From the NCBI GenBank assembly GCA_040752415.1, contig JBFMGU010000221.1, forward strand, positions 1 through 17,374: 17,374 nucleotides of DNA, in the 5' to 3' direction. The translations under genes and the position numbers were made by a program. How positions within the stretch are numbered: position 1 is the stretch's first letter; each line of letters opens with the position of its first letter. This document shows positions 14,027 to 17,374 of the stretch, in pieces. This DNA comes from Myxococcota bacterium. Lineage in GTDB: Bacteria; Myxococcota; JACRCW01. The notes below the pieces were generated by a model. It was not told the DNA's origin, made no database searches, and worked only from the letters and a program-made list of their open reading frames with translations.

Positions 14027-16921
14027 TCAGAACTCCGCCGAGACGCCGAAGATGGGCAGGAACGGGAGCACCGAGAGCGGCACCGCGTTGCGGTAGCGGT
14101 AGTCCCAGCTGATCTGCTCGGCGTTCTTCTGGTTGTAGACGTTGATGAGGTCGCAATAGAGGTTCACCAGCCAGTTCTGGAACGCCATCTTGTAGTCAAT
14201 GCGGATGTCCAGCTGGTGGAAGGTGGGCATGCGGTCGCTGCCGCCGGGACGCTGGGTGGCCTCGTACTCGTCGGTGTCCAGGTCGTGGTAGACGCCCTCA
14301 TAGAACGCGGTGGGGTTGCCGCTGACCAGCCGGAAGCGACCACCAATGGACCAGTCCCCGGCGAGGATGGACCACGCGGGGCTCCACAGCCAGCCCTTGG
14401 GCAGCTTCCCGGTGTTGGCCCACTCACGGAACGGCAGGTGCCAGGGGACCTTGTACTGGCCCACGATGGTGAGGATGTGTGTCTGGTCGTACTCGAAGAG
14501 CTGCCATTCCTCGCCGGGGCGCTCCTTGGACTCACTGCGGCTTAGCGTATAGGCAATCCAGCCGAAGAACTGCTTGCTCAGCTCATGGCGCAGCATGAAG
14601 TCCGCACCGTACGCGCGGCCAATGCCCTCATTGCTGGAACGCTCCAGCTCGACGACACCGTTGTTGGTGGTGAAGCGGCTGCTGGAGACCACCATCTCCT
14701 CTCGGTCATTGAAGAAGGCGTTGCCGGCCACGGTGAGGCGCCGTGCCAGGCGGTGCTCAAACCCCACCACGTAGTGGCGCGCGCGCTCCGGCCACAGCTT
14801 GGGCTGACCGAAGGTGGGGCTGACGCTGAACTGCTGCGGGGCCTGCTCGTAGACGCCATAGGCGGCCTTGAGGACGGTGTCCTTGATGGGCTCCCAGCGC
14901 AGGGCAATGCGCGGCGTGGGCTGCAGGCGGCGCGTGAACTGCCCGTACTTGTAATAGTCAAGGCGGAAGCCGGCGATGATCTTCAGCCCCAGGATGGGCC
15001 CCATCTCCGCCTCGACGTACGGCGCGGCATTGACGGAGACGCTGTCCTCCTTGGTGGTGGCAATGGTGGAGAACACCGCGCTGGGACGGCCCACCACGCG
15101 CGGGAACTCCGGCGCCAGGGCAATAGGGCCGCTTAGGAATGCCCCGAAGTCCGGCAGCGTGGCTTCCAGCTCGGTCTGGGTGGTCTGGTAGTCCGCGCCC
15201 AGGGTCAGCGCCAGGACGTCCAGCAGCTGGTAGCGCAGCTCATTGCGCGCCCCGAACACGCGCTCCACGTTGCCAATGCCCAGGCTGAACGCGCCGCCGC
15301 CGAATCCCGCGGTGAGGTCATTCATGCCGGCAAAGACCTGGAAGCTGTTGGTGAGCCGCGGGTGGATGCGGTAGTCCCATTTCCCGACGATGCGGTGGAA
15401 CTGCGTGTGCGCCGAGAGGCCGAACTGCCCCGCGTCCTGGCCGCCGGCGGCAATCACGCGCAGGTAGTCGTCGCTGCCGAAGGTGAACAGCGAGAAGGTG
15501 TGCGCGGAGAGCGGGCGGTATTCCAGCTTGGCCTGGTAGTCCCAGTACACCGGCGCCACGGTGAGCGCGCCCGCGCCGGGCGGGAGGAAGATGGACAGCG
15601 CAAACGGGATGATCGCGTCAATATAGGAGCGCCTTCCTGCGGCGGCGAAGGTCACGCGACGGGGATTGGGCGCGTCGCTGTCCACCGGATCACCCCACAA
15701 CGTCACCGGCCCGCCGAAGAAGAAGCCGCTGTCAAACAGGTCCACCTCCGCGTAGCCGCGGTACTGGTCGAAGCGCAGGTTGCGCGACTTCACGTCGACG
15801 ATGCCCGCGGTGGCGCGCCCGTACTTGGCACCGAAGCCGCCGGGGTAGAAGTCAATGGTCTCCAGGAACTCCGGGTTGACGACGGAGGTCAGCCCACCAA
15901 AGTGGTACAGCAACGGCACCTGCACGCCGTCCATGTACACGCCACTGCTTTCCGGTGAAGCACCGCGCACCAGCAGCTGCCCGCCCAGCAGCGGCGCGCG
16001 CGCCATGCCGGGGAGGTTCTCGATGGCGCGCAGCGGGTCGCCAAAGGTGCCGGCCACCTGGCTCACCTCTTCCCGACGCAGCACCACGCGCTGCACTTCC
16101 TTGGCGGGCTTGCGGTCGCGCACCACCGTCTCGAACTTGTTGTAGCTGCGACGCGGCAGGAAGAAGATGGCCTCCACCGCCTCGTCCTCGCTGAATTCCT
16201 CGACGGTGGTCATCTGCTCATAACCGGTGGCGCTGATGCGGATGAGCTTCTGACCGGGCGGCACTCCCGCCATCTCGAAGCGACCATCCTTCCCGGTGGC
16301 CACCACCTCCACGTTCCCATCCCCGAGCTCGACGGCAATCTCCGCGTCGGCGATGGGACGTTTGGTGCCGGCCTCACGCACCAGGCCGCGGAAGTTGACG
16401 AGCTTCTCCTCCTCCTCCACCGGGGCGGGCGCGGGTGCGGGGATTCCCTCGGGAGCAGGCGCGGGCGGCGGGGCCACCACCACCTTGCGCACCTCCTCCT
16501 TGAGGACGAAGGTCTGGCGATAGTCGAGCTGGATGGGGGCGGGGACGCCGTTCACCTCCGCGGGCTCGAAGACGAAGTTGGCCACCGCGCCCATGGCGGC
16601 GTAGTCCAGGTCCACGCCGGCGGACTGCAGGATGTCCACGCGCTGGACGTAGCCTTCCTCGTCAATGGTGATGCGCAGCGTGACGGCGCCCTGGCGTCGC
16701 TCCGCCTTGGCGCTCTCCGGGTAGATGACCGGCACCTGGTGGACCAGGCGTGGCGGCTTGGTGAGGCGGGGCGGCTCCTCGGGCTCCTGCTGCTTCTCGA
16801 CGTCACGCATGCCCGGCTGCGCTTCAATCTGCGCGTGTGCCGCGGGAGCACCCAGGAGCAGCGCTCCGACGAGAAATCTGCTGATGCCCAGGTTGATTGC
16901 GCTGCTGGAGGATTGCGCCAT
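14027..16921 (-). CDS. TonB-dependent receptor with an N-terminal TonB C-terminal domain and a carboxypeptidase-regulatory-like domain
   Basis: ATG 16921 with GGAG RBS; signal peptide ...LLLGAPAAHA; TonB_C (YPESAKAERRQGAVTLRITIDEEGYV...FEPA); Pro-rich linker; GLVREAGTKRPI...GRFEMAGVPPG; plug GDPLRAIENLPG...VYMDGV...IDFYPGGFGAKYGRATAGIVDV; barrel ending GVSAEF. Confidence 0.93.
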   Translation of the reverse strand: MAQSSSSAINLGISRFLVGALLLGAPAAHAQIEAQPGMRDVEKQQEPEEPPRLTKPPRLVHQVPVIYPESAKAERRQGAVTLRITIDEEGYVQRVDILQSAGVDLDYAAMGAVANFVFEPAEVNGVPAPIQLDYRQTFVLKEEVRKVVVAPPPAPAPEGIPAPAPAPVEEEEKLVNFRGLVREAGTKRPIADAEIAVELGDGNVEVVATGKDGRFEMAGVPPGQKLIRISATGYEQMTTVEEFSEDEAVEAIFFLPRRSYNKFETVVRDRKPAKEVQRVVLRREEVSQVAGTFGDPLRAIENLPGMARAPLLGGQLLVRGASPESSGVYMDGVQVPLLYHFGGLTSVVNPEFLETIDFYPGGFGAKYGRATAGIVDVKSRNLRFDQYRGYAEVDLFDSGFFFGGPVTLWGDPVDSDAPNPRRVTFAAAGRRSYIDAIIPFALSIFLPPGAGALTVAPVYWDYQAKLEYRPLSAHTFSLFTFGSDDYLRVIAAGGQDAGQFGLSAHTQFHRIVGKWDYRIHPRLTNSFQVFAGMNDLTAGFGGGAFSLGIGNVERVFGARNELRYQLLDVLALTLGADYQTTQTELEATLPDFGAFLSGPIALAPEFPRVVGRPSAVFSTIATTKEDSVSVNAAPYVEAEMGPILGLKIIAGFRLDYYKYGQFTRRLQPTPRIALRWEPIKDTVLKAAYGVYEQAPQQFSVSPTFGQPKLWPERARHYVVGFEHRLARRLTVAGNAFFNDREEMVVSSSRFTTNNGVVELERSSNEGIGRAYGADFMLRHELSKQFFGWIAYTLSRSESKERPGEEWQLFEYDQTHILTIVGQYKVPWHLPFREWANTGKLPKGWLWSPAWSILAGDWSIGGRFRLVSGNPTAFYEGVYHDLDTDEYEATQRPGGSDRMPTFHQLDIRIDYKMAFQNWLVNLYCDLINVYNQKNAEQISWDYRYRNAVPLSVLPFLPIFGVSAEF

Positions 16922-17144
16922 CGACGCTCCACACGCCCCGCGGCAACGGCTAACACCCTCCTCCCGCGACGACAAGAGAGGAGACCCGCCCGTCCGCCAG
17001 GATGTGCTTCACATTTCTTCATGATTCCCGGTGGCGCAAGGACGTCGTCGCGGCGCCGGGCGGTCACGACGTCCCAACGCTTGGGAAGCAACCCGCGGCC
17101 GGATTGTTGTTCCAGGGACCGGTGGGTGGGAGAGGAGGACCAGC

Positions 17145-17374
17145 GTGGTCTCGGAGGTCATCTACAACGCCTTGGCGCTCGTCGTGGACGGCGCGGCGTG
17201 GGTGGCGCTGCGGGGCGCTCCCCGACGAGAACGCGCGTTCACGTTGTTCGCGGCGGTGGCGTGCCTCTGGGTCCTGCTGGCGGGTGCGGTGGGAAACCCG
17301 GGATTCCACTTCCTGCGCCTGCTCTCCTGGGGCGTGTTCGTGCACGCGCCGTTGTGGCTGGGCGCGGCGGCGGT
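17145..17374 (+). CDS. Membrane protein N-terminus (partial); possibly a membrane-anchored metallophosphoesterase
   Basis: Hand-translated: GAGGAGG RBS and GTG 17145, open to the window end: MVSEVIYNALALVVDGAAWVALRG...FTLFAAVACLWVLLAGAVGNPGFHFLRLLSWGVFVHAPLWLGAAA. The family guess is weak because no catalytic motif is inside the window. Confidence 0.7.
   Translation, partial: MVSEVIYNALALVVDGAAWVALRGAPRRERAFTLFAAVACLWVLLAGAVGNPGFHFLRLLSWGVFVHAPLWLGAAA

Noticed and set aside
17002..17014. ATGTG-CTT-CACAT palindrome upstream of the TonB-dependent receptor
   Set aside because: Only 5-bp arms and the spacing does not fit CRP/FNR; too short to separate from chance. I also could not recognise a Fur box or cobalamin riboswitch here.

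Overview
GC-rich bacterial window. The flanking genes (a DAG-repeat, Cys-rich lipoprotein and a TonB_C-fused TonB-dependent receptor with a partner lipoprotein) look Myxococcota-like; this taxonomy is inferred, not shown. The centrepiece is a ~8.5 kb + strand operon (3858-12326) for a Tat-exported, soluble periplasmic type II DMSO-reductase-family molybdoenzyme of the Nitrospira/anammox nitrite oxidoreductase (NXR)-like lineage. Gene order: uncharacterised Cys-motif/NifU-C-like protein, alpha subunit (C-x3-D-x3-C-x39-C FS0 motif), beta Fe-S subunit, EbdC-like heme b gamma subunit, TorD/DmsD chaperone, moaA, class I cytochrome c. It has no membrane anchor or quinol-reactive subunit and is preceded by a sigma54-like promoter. 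Upstream are a partial lipoprotein gene, a perfect Fur/Zur-type palindrome, a HisKA_3 kinase/NarL-family regulator pair, an SH3b-domain secreted protein and a decayed Cys-repeat fragment. Downstream are a 77-bp inverted-repeat (REP-doublet-like) element, a convergent TonB-dependent receptor/lipoprotein pair and the start of a membrane protein. Whether the enzyme oxidises nitrite, reduces nitrate or uses another oxyanion cannot be decided from this window.
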